A stretch of DNA of 63,741 nucleotides, filler included, from Octopus bimaculoides (Eukaryota), in assembly GCF_001194135.2 (NCBI RefSeq). It is 5 parts of 3 records of this genome, joined end to end, with 100 filler letters (N's around TTAATTAATTAA, not from the genome) between each part and the next. Parts side by side here need not be neighbours in the genome. Positions count along the whole stretch, not along the records: positions 61,627 to 63,741 come from NW_026311281.1; 4 more parts are not named here. The stretch is one strand, 5' to 3'. The translations under genes were made by a program, and so were the position numbers. The notes below the pieces were generated by a model, which was not told the origin of the DNA, searched no databases, and saw nothing but the letters and a program-made list of their open reading frames with translations. Positions 63,618-63,741 of the stretch are shown here, piece after piece; the stretch's first letter is position 1; every line of letters starts with the position of its first letter.

Positions 63618-63741
63618 CCAGACTGGTTAATTTCGTTTTTTTGTTCCCAGGTGAGGATTTTTATACTGACCGCAAGACATCCTTTTGTACCGTGGGGAGA
63701 GGACTTTTGAAGAGAAAAAAATTCATAAATTATTTTTGGTG

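Noticed and set aside
1-63741. CRISPR arrays, rRNA genes, operon-like or prokaryotic systems
   Set aside because: No regularly spaced repeat-spacer pattern, rRNA-like sequence or dense coding regions; the window is eukaryotic non-coding DNA.

Overview
Eukaryotic, AT-rich, gapped draft-assembly sequence. The SINE families and the dense (TA)/(CA)/(GATA)/(CT) microsatellites look like an octopus (coleoid cephalopod) genome; this is inference from the repeat content, not a database hit. I cannot support any intact host protein-coding gene. Nearly all ORFs in the supplied track are microsatellite translations, runs through N-gaps, or antisense readings of decayed transposon ORFs. The window is a transposon graveyard. 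It holds 3 mariner copies, a Tc1 deletion derivative, a decayed ZMYM1-like hAT, hAT and Tigger-like non-autonomous ends, R4/Dong and RTE LINE fragments, about 20 tRNA-derived SINE copies, and many Penelope-like element (PLE) relics. Best leads: (1) several PLE tails carry minimal type I hammerhead ribozyme motifs, one at 63155-63194 with an intact catalytic core; (2) a near-identical copy of nearby hAT DNA sits inside an old SINE (11245-12157); (3) a ~175-bp-arm hairpin of non-SINE sequence at 12809-13192; (4) a repeat-poor island at about 24-28.2 kb with candidate small exons. PLE-hammerhead association is already known biology, so I do not claim a new system. Coordinates of decayed elements are approximate and all alignments were done by eye.
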